This document shows, piece after piece, positions 37,592 to 47,595 of a DNA stretch of 64,000 bases; within the stretch, counting starts at the first letter, position 1; every line of letters begins with the position of its first letter. Location of the stretch: NCBI GenBank assembly GCA_022729235.1, contig JALDAJ010000001.1:896001-960000 (forward strand). The letters run 5' to 3'. A program made the translations under genes and the position numbers. Source of the DNA: Candidatus Nanohalarchaeota archaeon (GTDB taxonomy: Archaea > Nanohalarchaeota > Nanosalinia > Nanosalinales > Nanosalinaceae). Below the pieces are notes generated by a model. The model was not told the origin of the DNA. It saw only the letters and a list, made by a program, of their open reading frames with translations, and did not search any database.

Positions 37592-38143
37592 TTAGTTTCC
37601 TGCCGGTACTACTCTTCCCGACGCGATGTATCCACTGACTTCACGATCTCCAGGTCTTTCCTTATCAAGGTCCGGGACTCTTACAGGAGCTCCTGAACTT
37701 TCCAGCGCAGTTTCTATTCCCTGCCTGGCTTCTACAGGGATTTTTTCCATCACTTCTTTGAGGACTCCTGCATGTATCTCGGCTGATTCGTTGACCCGTG
37801 TCCTAACTTCCTGTCTATCATCTCTTGGCAGGTCTTCTGTTATTTCTTCCGCCTTAGACATCTGTTCTACGTACTCCTTCATCACCTTCTCAGTATCATC
37901 CGACCTGTTCATGTCCGAGAGTTCTCTTGCCTCAGCCAGTCTCTTCTCTGCGATATCCAGTCTTTTCTCAGCTTCAGCTTTATCTGAAAACGTGAAAGCA
38001 AGACTTACCGATTCTATTGCACGGTCTATACTGTATGTGATCGATCCCGGCAGTGACGATGGCTCCTGTAGAGAATCTGCAGGCTGGGCGAAGGCTACTG
38101 ATGTCATGACCAGTACTGCTGTAAATACTGCAAGAGCCCTCAT
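37592..38143 (-). CDS. Secreted DUF5667-like protein
   Basis: Signal peptide; LPGS..Y.IDRAIE..SL.FTF and AEKRLAEA. Confidence 0.75.
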   Translation of the reverse strand: MRALAVFTAVLVMTSVAFAQPADSLQEPSSLPGSITYSIDRAIESVSLAFTFSDKAEAEKRLDIAEKRLAEARELSDMNRSDDTEKVMKEYVEQMSKAEEITEDLPRDDRQEVRTRVNESAEIHAGVLKEVMEKIPVEARQGIETALESSGAPVRVPDLDKERPGDREVSGYIASGRVVPAGN

Positions 38144-38217
38144 AGAGCTTTCTTTGATTCTACAGTATTTAAAGCCGGGTCGTTTTTTTAAGACTCTGAA
38201 ACCGGTAAACTGTTATC

Positions 38218-39339
38218 GTGCGCAGAGATATCGACCTTGGAGATAGAAAAGTAACCCTTGTAGGGACAGCTCACATATCAGAAGAGAGCAGGAAAGAGGT
38301 TGAAGAAACGATAGAAGAAATAGAGCCAGATCTGGTAGGCGTAGAACTTGACGAGAAACGGTTTGAATCCCTGAACGACAGGGACGGATGGAAAGACCTT
38401 GACCTGGCAGAGGCTATCCGGGACGGCAAGGGATACCTTCTACTCATGAACCTTTTACTTGCAGTTTACCAGCGACGCCTAGGTCTTGAAGAGGGAATAG
38501 AGCCCGGAGAGGAACTGATGGCTGCAGTAGAGATGGCGGAGAATAATAATATAGATTATGCGTTAATCGACCGTGATATCTCGGAGACTTTTGAACGGTT
38601 GCGGGGTGAGATGACCCTGAAAGAGAAGCTATTTTTCCTCGCTGGTCTATCTCTCGGAACTGAAGACTATGAAATCGAGGAACTTAAAGAGACAAATATA
38701 CTTGACCAGCTGATGCGTGAACTGGAGGATGACTTTCCTTCCGTGAAACGCGTATTCCTTGATGAACGGAACGCATACATGGTTGAAAAACTGCTGGAAC
38801 GCGATTTTGACCATGCAGTGGTTGTTGTCGGAGCCGCTCACGTAGAAGGTATGTGTGAGATGATCCAGGACCGGGAAATAGAAGTCCCTACTACAAGCAA
38901 AAGTATTCCCTGGATGAAAATTTTCAAGTACGGCTTCCCACTGGCGATAATTGCGATGATAACATACACGTTCTACCAGATCGGGTTCTCCGCAGGCATC
39001 GGCGGGATACAGTTCTGGGTGCTTGCAAACGGTTTCCTTGCGATGATAGGTGCGATACTTGCTCGGTCACATATAGCGACCTGGATAACTTCTTTCCTAG
39101 TATCACCTATAACCTCGCTTTACCCGGTTGTAGGTGCAGGAATGGTAGCTGCCTACGTAGAGGGGAAAATTTATCCTCCCAAAGTAGAAGAGATGGAGCA
39201 ACTACCATACACCACCGAGTACCGGGACCTGTGGAACAACCAGGCAGGAAGGATACTTCTCACATTCTTCCTGGTCAGCATAGGAAGCTCTTTAGCAGCG
39301 TTCGCAGGCGCAGGATACATAGCATCAATCATACTTTGA
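38218..39339 (+). CDS. TraB/PrgY-family protein
   Basis: LVGTAHIS, VELD..R, LIDRD, DERN and VVGAAH motifs. Confidence 0.92.
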   Translation: MRRDIDLGDRKVTLVGTAHISEESRKEVEETIEEIEPDLVGVELDEKRFESLNDRDGWKDLDLAEAIRDGKGYLLLMNLLLAVYQRRLGLEEGIEPGEELMAAVEMAENNNIDYALIDRDISETFERLRGEMTLKEKLFFLAGLSLGTEDYEIEELKETNILDQLMRELEDDFPSVKRVFLDERNAYMVEKLLERDFDHAVVVVGAAHVEGMCEMIQDREIEVPTTSKSIPWMKIFKYGFPLAIIAMITYTFYQIGFSAGIGGIQFWVLANGFLAMIGAILARSHIATWITSFLVSPITSLYPVVGAGMVAAYVEGKIYPPKVEEMEQLPYTTEYRDLWNNQAGRILLTFFLVSIGSSLAAFAGAGYIASIIL

Positions 39340-39343
39340 ACCT

Positions 39344-39970
39344 CTAGTCCAGCATCCACTTCTCCTCCCATTCCTTTATGCGCTGGCGCCACTGATATTC
39401 AATGTCTTCCTCCTCTTCCTGACTGAGAAATGGCTCATCTCTAAGACGGTAACCGATAAAGACTCCTGCAACCATTCCGAGGAGGTGTGCCTCGTGCGCC
39501 ACACCGGTTGTAGCGGCTGAAAGACCGACCACATCGATGAATGCGTAAGCGATAAGTACCGACCACATCGGGGCGGGTACACCCAGCGCGAGACCTGGCT
39601 TCCGGGGACGGTAAACCGCTAGCGCAGCAAGTACACCCATGGCACCTCCAGAAGCCCCGATCACTGTGGTCTCTGGGAAGAAGATGAACGCGGACAGGTT
39701 GGCGATTACTGCGGATACAAAGAAAGTTTTCAGGAACATTCTTTGAGAGGTAAGTCTCTCGTATATCGAGCCGAACAGTGCGATGAAGAACGCGTTGTTG
39801 AACAGGTGCTCCATGCTACCGTGACCGAAGAACGACGTGAAGAACTTCCACCACGGCGACTCCGCAGCGTTAAAGCCAGGGTTGAAACCTGTAAACACCT
39901 GTCCCAGATAAACCACTAGAAACACGAACACCAGCTGCAGAGCCATGAAGTTGAATTTTTCTTCCGACAT
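39344..39970 (-). CDS. Rhomboid intramembrane serine protease
   Basis: HLFNN, GASGG and AHLLG motifs. Confidence 0.93.
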   Translation of the reverse strand: MSEEKFNFMALQLVFVFLVVYLGQVFTGFNPGFNAAESPWWKFFTSFFGHGSMEHLFNNAFFIALFGSIYERLTSQRMFLKTFFVSAVIANLSAFIFFPETTVIGASGGAMGVLAALAVYRPRKPGLALGVPAPMWSVLIAYAFIDVVGLSAATTGVAHEAHLLGMVAGVFIGYRLRDEPFLSQEEEEDIEYQWRQRIKEWEEKWMLD

Positions 39971-40063
39971 GTGAAGACTGGGTTCTTGGATACTTAACTA
40001 ACTTGAGTCGGAATAGGTGGCAGGAACAAACAAGTATTATTAAGGCTAGAGGAGTAGTCTTCC

Positions 40064-40708
40064 ATGTTTATGATCGAGGACTCCCTGAAATACTCTCTTA
40101 GAGGAGAGAATGTACTTGAAACGTACCTCATAGCGGGAGTAGTTATGATAGCCTCTATACTCATCATTCCGTTATTATTCTTCCTGGGTTATCTTCTCAG
40201 GATTGGAGAACAGTCCTCTCAGGGATCAGAAGACCTTGCGAAGTTCTCAGATTTCAAGCAGCTTTTTGTGGATGGGCTAAAATTCTTTGCAGTAGTAATA
40301 TCCTACCTAGTACTGGGATCGCTACTACTGTCTGCGGCAGGTTCTATGTACCCCGACGGCGCAGTTGTAACTCTTGCTTTAGCCCTCGGTATCATTGTCT
40401 ACCTCGCTTTTCTCCTCGCTATACCTATGGCTCTAATAGGTGTTGCCAGCGAAGGAACCCTGAAAGCAGCTTTCCGGAGAGAAAGTTTTGAATACATCCT
40501 GACCCGTTCTTACTGGGTTGCGGCATTCTCCGCACTCATGCTGAGTATCTTAGGGACAGTAGTTCTATTCATCATAGGATTTGTTCTGTCGATAACTGTC
40601 GTAGGAATCGTTCTCATACCTTTCCTCTGGATAGCCTGGAGCATCTACTTCTATATCTTCTTTTTCCGGGTATTTGGACTTGCCTACAGCGATATCACAG
40701 AAAACTGA
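40064..40708 (+). CDS. DUF4013 membrane protein
   Basis: LGYLLR, LFVDGLK and LKAAF motifs. Confidence 0.8.
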   Translation: MFMIEDSLKYSLRGENVLETYLIAGVVMIASILIIPLLFFLGYLLRIGEQSSQGSEDLAKFSDFKQLFVDGLKFFAVVISYLVLGSLLLSAAGSMYPDGAVVTLALALGIIVYLAFLLAIPMALIGVASEGTLKAAFRRESFEYILTRSYWVAAFSALMLSILGTVVLFIIGFVLSITVVGIVLIPFLWIAWSIYFYIFFFRVFGLAYSDITEN

Positions 40709-40716
40709 TATCTTGA

Positions 40717-41139
40717 CTACCTATCAGAATATCCTATCTTGCTTGCCTCTTCTCTCATGAACTCTTCGACAAGCTCTGGCTTATGACCTGAAGCATCTAT
40801 AGTATCTTGGGCTGATGCCTCTGAGAACGTTTTGAGCCAGTCTTCAGACATGTCTTCATCCTTTGCAGCATAAACTACTCCTTCAATCTGCGCCCAGCAG
40901 ATAGCTGCCATACACATCGGACAGGGTTCGTGAGTCGTATACAGCCAGCAACCCTCGAGCGTGTGGCTGTCCAGTTCTTTGCATGCCTTTCTGATAGCGT
41001 TGATCTCAGAATGTCCCGTTGCATCGGGCTCCTGGAAAATCGTCCCGCCTGTCTTCACGATAACTTCTCCATCTTTCACAACGAGGGCGCCTACAGTATC
41101 ATATTCCTGTTCAAGACCAAATTCTATAGCCTCAATCAT
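40717..41139 (-). CDS. Nucleoside/guanine deaminase (CDA superfamily)
   Basis: HSEINAIR and EPCPMC motifs. Confidence 0.92.
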   Translation of the reverse strand: MIEAIEFGLEQEYDTVGALVVKDGEVIVKTGGTIFQEPDATGHSEINAIRKACKELDSHTLEGCWLYTTHEPCPMCMAAICWAQIEGVVYAAKDEDMSEDWLKTFSEASAQDTIDASGHKPELVEEFMREEASKIGYSDR

Positions 41140-41217
41140 CAGGATGCTGCACGAGTCAGTCCACAATGTGTGTTTCTAGGCTAAAAATATAAGCATTTAG
41201 CGAATAAGGAGTTTTGT

Positions 41218-41850
41218 ATGAGGATTATATCGCAACTACTAGGAAGTTCAAATGAACCTGACTTCTACGCTAACGAACCGCAAATTGATGATAGAACTGT
41301 TGACACGTTATGGGAGCTTATATATCAGGGGGACGGCCTAAATAGGATTGAACTTCATGGTTTGACCTTTCTTTCGAACGTCTACTTTGTTGAAAACGAC
41401 TTGGAACAGCTTGATGCCGAGTGGGAGCCCGACTACCATGGAGTCTCCTCAGAGGATGTTGACACAGCACTTCAATCGGAGGACCTAGCTGGAGATCCCG
41501 ATATGGAGGGTGAAGGGATAACTTTCGATAATAACCTATTGTTCGAATTTAACACGGACGTAAAAAAACAGGTTAAACCGGAAATAGAATCAGCAGCACA
41601 TACCGTCTTGGATGAAACAGACTACTATGTTGAAAGGGAACTCCAAGCCAACACTGCTTCAGGAGTTCCAGGGTTTTTTGACATTCTATTTCCGCGTTAC
41701 GATGAGAGATACGTTGACAAAAACGGAGATGGCTGGTTACAAAATCATCCCGCCCGTGAAGCAACGGGTTTCGGAGAGAAAGTTGACTTTGAAAGATATA
41801 GACGAGGTATCAACTATAACGCTATAACTCCTACTTTCAGTTCAGAATAG
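41218..41850 (+). CDS. Hypothetical protein, weak Panacea/SocA (DUF4065)-like
   Basis: LHGLTFL..Y and WEPDYHGVSSEDV resemble the LQKLLY / YGP motifs. Confidence 0.5.
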   Translation: MRIISQLLGSSNEPDFYANEPQIDDRTVDTLWELIYQGDGLNRIELHGLTFLSNVYFVENDLEQLDAEWEPDYHGVSSEDVDTALQSEDLAGDPDMEGEGITFDNNLLFEFNTDVKKQVKPEIESAAHTVLDETDYYVERELQANTASGVPGFFDILFPRYDERYVDKNGDGWLQNHPAREATGFGEKVDFERYRRGINYNAITPTFSSE

Positions 41851-41868
41851 ACCGATTATAAATCCCGT

Positions 41869-43467
41869 TTAAATCTGCCGCAGTATCTCTGTCGCGTCCT
41901 CTCTACCTATCGAGAGTATCAGTCTTGAGAGCCGCGGTCCCTGCTCCCGTGACAGTAAGACCTGGTAGGCGGTGGTAAAGAACTTGCCTGTTCCCAGTTC
42001 TGAATCGTCCTTCACATCGAATACCAGGCTGTCCAGTTCGTCCTGGTTCTCGAACTCTTCCTCTTCAAGCGCGTCCGCGAGTAGTTCCATCGCCTCTCTC
42101 TGTTCCTCGCTTAAGTTCTGGACAACGTCTTCCGGCACCTCAAAGTTTATCTCGTAGCGGTAGTCCTCCGAGGCGTGTTCTCTCGCCCAGTTCTTCGCCT
42201 TCTCAAGTCTCTCCACGACTTGCTCCACGCCTTTCTCGGCGATATCCTCGGGCACGTGGTCGGTTCTCTTCAAGGACTCAACCGCTTTCGTCTCCCACTC
42301 CTCTTCAGGCACTGTCTGTGCGACAAACGCGGCGTGCTGGAACGGAACCCTTACCGGCTGATCCTCGGGTATCTCTACCATCGCGCGCTCGTAGACCCGT
42401 TTCCAGTGCTCTCTTTTCCTGTCGTTCTCCATCTTCTCCGGGTTGAAGTATGCGTCCTCTATCTTATCGAACCGCTCGTAACGGTTGAAAACATCCTCAC
42501 CGAAGGGTATCTCAAACGCCTTATTCGGCTTGGTCTCGGAGAACAGGAAACGCACCATCTCCGGCGTGTAGACCTGTTTCAAATCGGTTAGTGTAAACGC
42601 GTCCTCTCCTTCACTACCTGATATCTTCGCACCGTCCTTAGTCACGAACTCGTACATCTGGTGGACTGGCGGCTCGTCTCCGTAGACCTCTCTAACTAAC
42701 TCATTCGCGGTATCGCGCGAGCCTCCAGCAGCGGAGTGCTCCTTGCCTGCGGGCTCGTACGAGACCTGTTCATAGTGCCACCTCATAGGCCAGTCAACAC
42801 GCCACGGCAGTTTCACGTGACCCTCTTCTGAGAAGTCGAGCTCCCGCTCCTCTTCACATTCCTCGCAGTAGTATGTTACAGTATATTCGCCGTTGTATTC
42901 CCTGACTTCCGTGAAGTCCTTGCCACATTCCGTGCAGTATACTCTCAGCGGGCAGTAAGGCTCTTCTAACGGTTCTTTCCGGTACTTGTCAAGTATCTCT
43001 TTGATCTTCCCTCTATTATTCATCGCCTGCTTGATAAGGTCGGCGTATTCGCAGTTACGGAACCTCTCACTCTGTCTTATGAACTCGATATCCATGTGCA
43101 TATCCTTAAGCTCTTCTTCCAGCCGGGCTTCGAAGTGCTCCGCGTAGCTGTTGTGACAATCCTCTGGGTCAGGCACCTCTGTAAGTGGTAAACCGATATA
43201 CTGCTCCCACTCGTCAGGTACGTTCGCGGGCACTTTCCTGAACCGGTCGTAGTCGTCCCAGAAATAGATGAACCGGACATCCTCGCCGCGCTCCTTGAGA
43301 GATTTCACAACGAAATCGACCGTTATTATCTCCCGGAAGTTCCCGGCATGGACAATCCCGGAAGGTGAGATGCCTGCCGCGCACACGTACTCTTCTCTGT
43401 CAGAGAATTTCTGTGTTACCGCGTACGCCAGCTGGTCCGACCAATAGATGGGTTGATCCTCTGTCAT
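41869..43467 (-). CDS. lysS: Class I lysyl-tRNA synthetase
   Basis: YWSD, GISPSG.VHAGN, WDDYD, KLPWRVDWPMRW, GKEH and GPRL motifs. Confidence 0.96.
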   Translation of the reverse strand: MTEDQPIYWSDQLAYAVTQKFSDREEYVCAAGISPSGIVHAGNFREIITVDFVVKSLKERGEDVRFIYFWDDYDRFRKVPANVPDEWEQYIGLPLTEVPDPEDCHNSYAEHFEARLEEELKDMHMDIEFIRQSERFRNCEYADLIKQAMNNRGKIKEILDKYRKEPLEEPYCPLRVYCTECGKDFTEVREYNGEYTVTYYCEECEEERELDFSEEGHVKLPWRVDWPMRWHYEQVSYEPAGKEHSAAGGSRDTANELVREVYGDEPPVHQMYEFVTKDGAKISGSEGEDAFTLTDLKQVYTPEMVRFLFSETKPNKAFEIPFGEDVFNRYERFDKIEDAYFNPEKMENDRKREHWKRVYERAMVEIPEDQPVRVPFQHAAFVAQTVPEEEWETKAVESLKRTDHVPEDIAEKGVEQVVERLEKAKNWAREHASEDYRYEINFEVPEDVVQNLSEEQREAMELLADALEEEEFENQDELDSLVFDVKDDSELGTGKFFTTAYQVLLSREQGPRLSRLILSIGREDATEILRQI

Positions 43468-43519
43468 AGTTACCGGTTACTGGCTGAGTTTTTAAAGTTG
43501 CAGTGCCGCTTGAAATAAT

Positions 43520-44728
43520 ATGTTCGAGGTAAACCCGAGACTGATCTTTGCGATAGTATTCGTCACCGCGCTCTCGCTTTTTATGTGGCGTGACAGGGAA
43601 AACGTGGAGCGCCACTTTATACTGTTCTACAGGAGGACGGAGCATGGGCTTGAATACATCGATGCCATAGCCAAGAAGTTCCCGCGTTTCTGGAAAGTTT
43701 ACGGCTCTCTGGGCGTGGTGGTTGGACTCCTGAGCCTGGTGGTCATAACCGGGTTTACTGGCATGATGTTTGTTGACATGGTCGCGACCCAGACGATAAA
43801 TGATGGATTCGCTCTAGTGCTTCCTGGTCTTGAGTCGTCTGATACAGGAATGGGTATGGATGAACCTGAGGCAGGTGCTATGTTCGTGCCTGTTGAGTAC
43901 TGGGTTATCGCCATCGCAGTGCTTATGTTTGTCCACGAGATGAGTCACGGCATCGTTGCGAGGATAGAAGGGTTTGAGATAAACTCGGTTGGATGGATAG
44001 TACTTGGAATCATACCCGGGGCATTTGTGGAGCCGAAAGGGGAGAACATGCTACCCGGAGGCGATAGTGACCCTTCAGAGTCACATACTATATGGGAAGG
44101 CGGTGGCTGGAAGTCAAGACTGAAAGTCCTGTGTGCAGGAAGTTTCGCGAACTACGTGACCGCGGCAGTGTTTTTCCTATTGCTTTTAGGGCTCTCCACA
44201 GGTGTAAGCAGTTATGCGATACAGGAAACGGAACACCTTAACTACCAGGCTGTAGAAGGATATCCTGCATATGAGGCAGGTATGACGCAGGGTGAGTTAT
44301 ACGAGGTGAATGGTGTCGAAATCGGTTCAGTTGAAGACCTCAGGAACGCTACCGCAGATATTGCGCCTGGAGATGAGGTGGTTATGAATACTTCAGAAGG
44401 CGAATTCACCCTGGAGACTGTTGAGAGAGACGGATTTGATGGTGGCTACATAGGCATAGGGCTGGGCAACGTTGAGTGGAAGGAAAGTTTTGAACCCTAC
44501 CAGGGAGTCTTCCAGTGGTTCACCTCTCTACTATTTGTCGTAGGATCGCTCAACCTGTTCATCGGTCTGTTCAACATGCTACCTATCAAGCCGCTTGACG
44601 GCGGTCTGTCCGTTGAGACCCTGATAACAGAGTTCTGGGGAGAGGATAAAGTAACTTACCTGAACAGGTTCTCCCTGATAGGCTGGGCGCTCATCCTTGG
44701 TACGATCACTCTTGCCCTGGTGCTCTGA
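43520..44728 (+). CDS. Site-2 (M50) protease with PDZ domain
   Basis: HEMSH, GAFVEP and NMLPIKPLDGG motifs. Confidence 0.93.
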   Translation: MFEVNPRLIFAIVFVTALSLFMWRDRENVERHFILFYRRTEHGLEYIDAIAKKFPRFWKVYGSLGVVVGLLSLVVITGFTGMMFVDMVATQTINDGFALVLPGLESSDTGMGMDEPEAGAMFVPVEYWVIAIAVLMFVHEMSHGIVARIEGFEINSVGWIVLGIIPGAFVEPKGENMLPGGDSDPSESHTIWEGGGWKSRLKVLCAGSFANYVTAAVFFLLLLGLSTGVSSYAIQETEHLNYQAVEGYPAYEAGMTQGELYEVNGVEIGSVEDLRNATADIAPGDEVVMNTSEGEFTLETVERDGFDGGYIGIGLGNVEWKESFEPYQGVFQWFTSLLFVVGSLNLFIGLFNMLPIKPLDGGLSVETLITEFWGEDKVTYLNRFSLIGWALILGTITLALVL

Positions 44729-44737
44729 ATGTCCTAA

Positions 44738-45139
44738 CCTATTTGATTCTTACACTCGCCTCCTGTAGTATGACGCATACAATAGAAGTAATCGATCGAG
44801 GCGACAAAGTCGAAGCAGAGGACGGTCAGACCATACTCAACGCGTTGCTTGAAGGCGGTGTCGAGTGGCTGCACGCGTGCGGAGGTTTCTGCAACTGTAC
44901 CACGTGCCGGGTGAAAATCGAGGAGGGTGAGGAAAACATCTCTGACATGGAAGAGGATGAGAAGAATACTCTGAGACGTTTCCAGGGAGATGAAGTGCTG
45001 GATGGACCCTTCCGACTGAGCTGCCAGGTAAAAGTCTATGGAGACGTGAAGATAAGCGAGCCTGAGTGGCTCTAGGCAGTTTTGACCACCTGTAAAAATC
45101 CAGTAGAAACTGACTGAACCAAGCCTATTTGATTCTTAC
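44738..45139 (+). repeat. 16-bp direct repeat flanking the ferredoxin gene
   Basis: cctatttgattcttac at 44738-44753 and 45124-45139. Confidence 0.8.
44770..45075 (+). CDS. 2Fe-2S ferredoxin
   Basis: HACGG.CNCTTC...RLSCQ; ATG at 44770. Confidence 0.93.
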   Translation: MTHTIEVIDRGDKVEAEDGQTILNALLEGGVEWLHACGGFCNCTTCRVKIEEGEENISDMEEDEKNTLRRFQGDEVLDGPFRLSCQVKVYGDVKISEPEWL

Positions 45140-45162
45140 CTATTCAGTAAATTAACATATAG

Positions 45163-46230
45163 ATGAAAGACCTGATAATCGTTGGCGCAGGACCCGTAGG
45201 TTCACACCTCGCGAAGAAGTTCTCGGAGAAAGGAAACGATGTACTGGTTATTGAGCAGAGCGACGAGATCGGGAAGCCGCTCGCCTGTTCTGGCCACGTA
45301 TCGCCGGATATCTGGAAGTTCGTCCCGGAAGACAAGAGAGACCGGCTGGAGCAGAACCAGATAAGTGGTGCTCGTTTCCACGATGACGGGGATGAGTACC
45401 GGTTCTACAAGGAGAACGAGACGGTTTCCTACGTTATCGACAGAGTTGAACTGGACAGGGTTAAGGCAGAGGAAGCACAGGAAGCAGGAGCAGATTACAG
45501 GCTTGGAGAGAAAGTTATGGATGTGAATGAACACGATAGATACGTGGAAGTCCAAACCCAGGGAGACTCCTACAACGCGAAGATGGTAGCAGGTTGCGAC
45601 GGCGCCAGCTCAACAGTAAGACACAAGCTGGACCTCCCGGAGCCAGACCAATTCTACCAGGGCGTGCTCTGTTTCTCGGACGAAGATGACAGCGGAGACT
45701 TCGTCGACGTTTTCCTGGAGGTTCCAGAGTTCTTCGGCTGGAGGATTCCCAGGAGCGACAGCGTAGAGTACGGTGCCGCAGTACCGAAGGGAGAGGAACC
45801 GATGAAATGGCTTGACCGAATCCTCGAACGATATGATGTCGAGAAGCAGAAAGTATGTGCCGGTGCTATACCTATCGGACCACCCTCAACCGTCACAAGT
45901 GACCGCGTATTCCTGGTCGGTGACGCGGCAGCCCAGACCAAACCCTTTACCGGGGGCGGAATACTTTACGGGATGAGATCGTCAGACGTAGCATCCCGGA
46001 CAATAGATATAGACAGCCCATCAACCCTGGATACTTACGAGAAAGGATGGAGAGAAGAGCTTATATGGGATATACGGATCGGACAGGTTATAAAGAGTTC
46101 ATATTCCATGCCCTCTATAGCGCAGAAAATGGGTATGTGGCTTTTCCAGGGCGAGATAGGAGTCCACATGGACCGTCCTACGTCTCTATTCAGTCTAGCA
46201 CAGCTAAAATCACTTCTCAGACGCAACTAA
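45163..46230 (+). CDS. Geranylgeranyl reductase family flavoprotein
   Basis: VGAGPVG, PLAC.G, GCDG, FGWRIP, GDAA and PFTGGG motifs. Confidence 0.88.
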   Translation: MKDLIIVGAGPVGSHLAKKFSEKGNDVLVIEQSDEIGKPLACSGHVSPDIWKFVPEDKRDRLEQNQISGARFHDDGDEYRFYKENETVSYVIDRVELDRVKAEEAQEAGADYRLGEKVMDVNEHDRYVEVQTQGDSYNAKMVAGCDGASSTVRHKLDLPEPDQFYQGVLCFSDEDDSGDFVDVFLEVPEFFGWRIPRSDSVEYGAAVPKGEEPMKWLDRILERYDVEKQKVCAGAIPIGPPSTVTSDRVFLVGDAAAQTKPFTGGGILYGMRSSDVASRTIDIDSPSTLDTYEKGWREELIWDIRIGQVIKSSYSMPSIAQKMGMWLFQGEIGVHMDRPTSLFSLAQLKSLLRRN

Positions 46231-46267
46231 CAGGTTTAATTAAAAAGTTAGTTGTGAACCAGAATAT

Positions 46268-46939
46268 ATGCATCTAGGAGTTATTCCAGACGGCAACCGG
46301 CGCTACGCCAGAGAGAATAACGTAGAGAAGAAAGAGGCTTACAGAAGAGCTAAAGACGTTATATTAGACATTTTTGAAGATATGAGCGAACTGCCTGCAG
46401 ATATCCAGGAAGTAACGTTCTACCTGCTCTCCGAGGACAACCTGGAGCGGAGCGATGACGATCTGAATACCCTTTTCGAACTTCTGCAGGAGCAAATACA
46501 GGAGACAGCCTCACAGTTCAACGGCAACGGATTCAGCTTTAACTGGGTCTCAACACAACCCCGGGCTATACCTAGAGGGCTGAGGAAAAAACTGGAGAAG
46601 CTTGAGAAAAAGCACAGCGACGGGGATAAACAGCTCAACGCTCTCATCTCCTATTCCGGTAGAACCGATATAGTGAAGGCTGCGGAAGAGATAAGCGAGA
46701 ACGGGGACAGCTTCAGCAGGGACGCGCTTAAGTCCCACCTGGAGATAGAAACCGACATCGATTTTGTAATCAGGACAGGAAACAATCCTACAAGAGAGTG
46801 CCTATCCGGCTTCCCTATCTGGAACTCTTCCTACTCCGAGTACTACCACATACAGAAGCACTTCCCTGAAGTGACTATGGAAGATATAACTACGGCACTT
46901 GAGCACTACAAAGAGTTAAGACGGAAGAAAGGCGAGTAA
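46268..46939 (+). CDS. uppS: cis-prenyltransferase (undecaprenyl diphosphate synthase family)
   Basis: HLGVIPDGNRRYA, SYSGR, IRTG, LSGF..W and YSE motifs. Confidence 0.92.
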   Translation: MHLGVIPDGNRRYARENNVEKKEAYRRAKDVILDIFEDMSELPADIQEVTFYLLSEDNLERSDDDLNTLFELLQEQIQETASQFNGNGFSFNWVSTQPRAIPRGLRKKLEKLEKKHSDGDKQLNALISYSGRTDIVKAAEEISENGDSFSRDALKSHLEIETDIDFVIRTGNNPTRECLSGFPIWNSSYSEYYHIQKHFPEVTMEDITTALEHYKELRRKKGE

Positions 46940-46945
46940 TTAACA

Positions 46946-47053
46946 GTGGTAGACAAAACCTGCTGGAACTGCGGAGCAGAAATGTTGAAAAGACCGGACT
47001 GCGAACTTGAATGCAGGAAATGCGGATTAATACGTGACTGCAGCGACCCCTAG
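46946..47053 (+). CDS. Small Cys-rich zinc-finger protein (35 aa), not in the ORF track
   Basis: GTG start; CWNCG...C.LECRKCG..RDCSDP fills the gap between uppS and DUF192. Confidence 0.75.
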   Translation: MVDKTCWNCGAEMLKRPDCELECRKCGLIRDCSDP

Positions 47054-47542
47054 GTGAAACCGATGAACGTGCCTTCGACAACCAGAAAGAACAGGGTCAT
47101 ACTTCTTGGAGCTGTTTTAATCCTTGCAGCAGTTGCTTTAATGTCAACTCTCCAGACAGAAGCAAAAGCCACGTTCGTCTCCGACGGCGAAGAACTCGCA
47201 ACGGTAACGCTCGAGGTAGCAGATACCGGGGAGGAACGCCAGCAGGGCTTGATGCACAGGCAGTCACTCGCGGAAAACCACGGCATGATTTTCGTTTATT
47301 CTGATGAGGACACACGGACTTTCTGGATGAAGAACACCTACATCCCGCTCGACATGATATTCATAGCGGAAGACGGTACGATCGTCGACATACAGGAAGC
47401 CGATCCTGAACCAAACACGCCTGACCATGAACTTGAACGCTACACAAGTCTGGAACCAGCGATGTATGTTATAGAAGTTAACCAGGGATTCTCAGAGAAG
47501 CATGGCATAGAGATCGGTGACCAGATTCTACTGGACTACTAG
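47054..47542 (+). CDS. DUF192 family protein
   Basis: EVADT..R..GLM, GMIF, FWMKNT.IPLD and VIEV motifs. Confidence 0.93.
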   Translation: MKPMNVPSTTRKNRVILLGAVLILAAVALMSTLQTEAKATFVSDGEELATVTLEVADTGEERQQGLMHRQSLAENHGMIFVYSDEDTRTFWMKNTYIPLDMIFIAEDGTIVDIQEADPEPNTPDHELERYTSLEPAMYVIEVNQGFSEKHGIEIGDQILLDY

Positions 47543-47595
47543 TCGCTCGGTCTTCGACTGATGAATTTAATAATCTTGCTCGTGTTCTCAAATGC

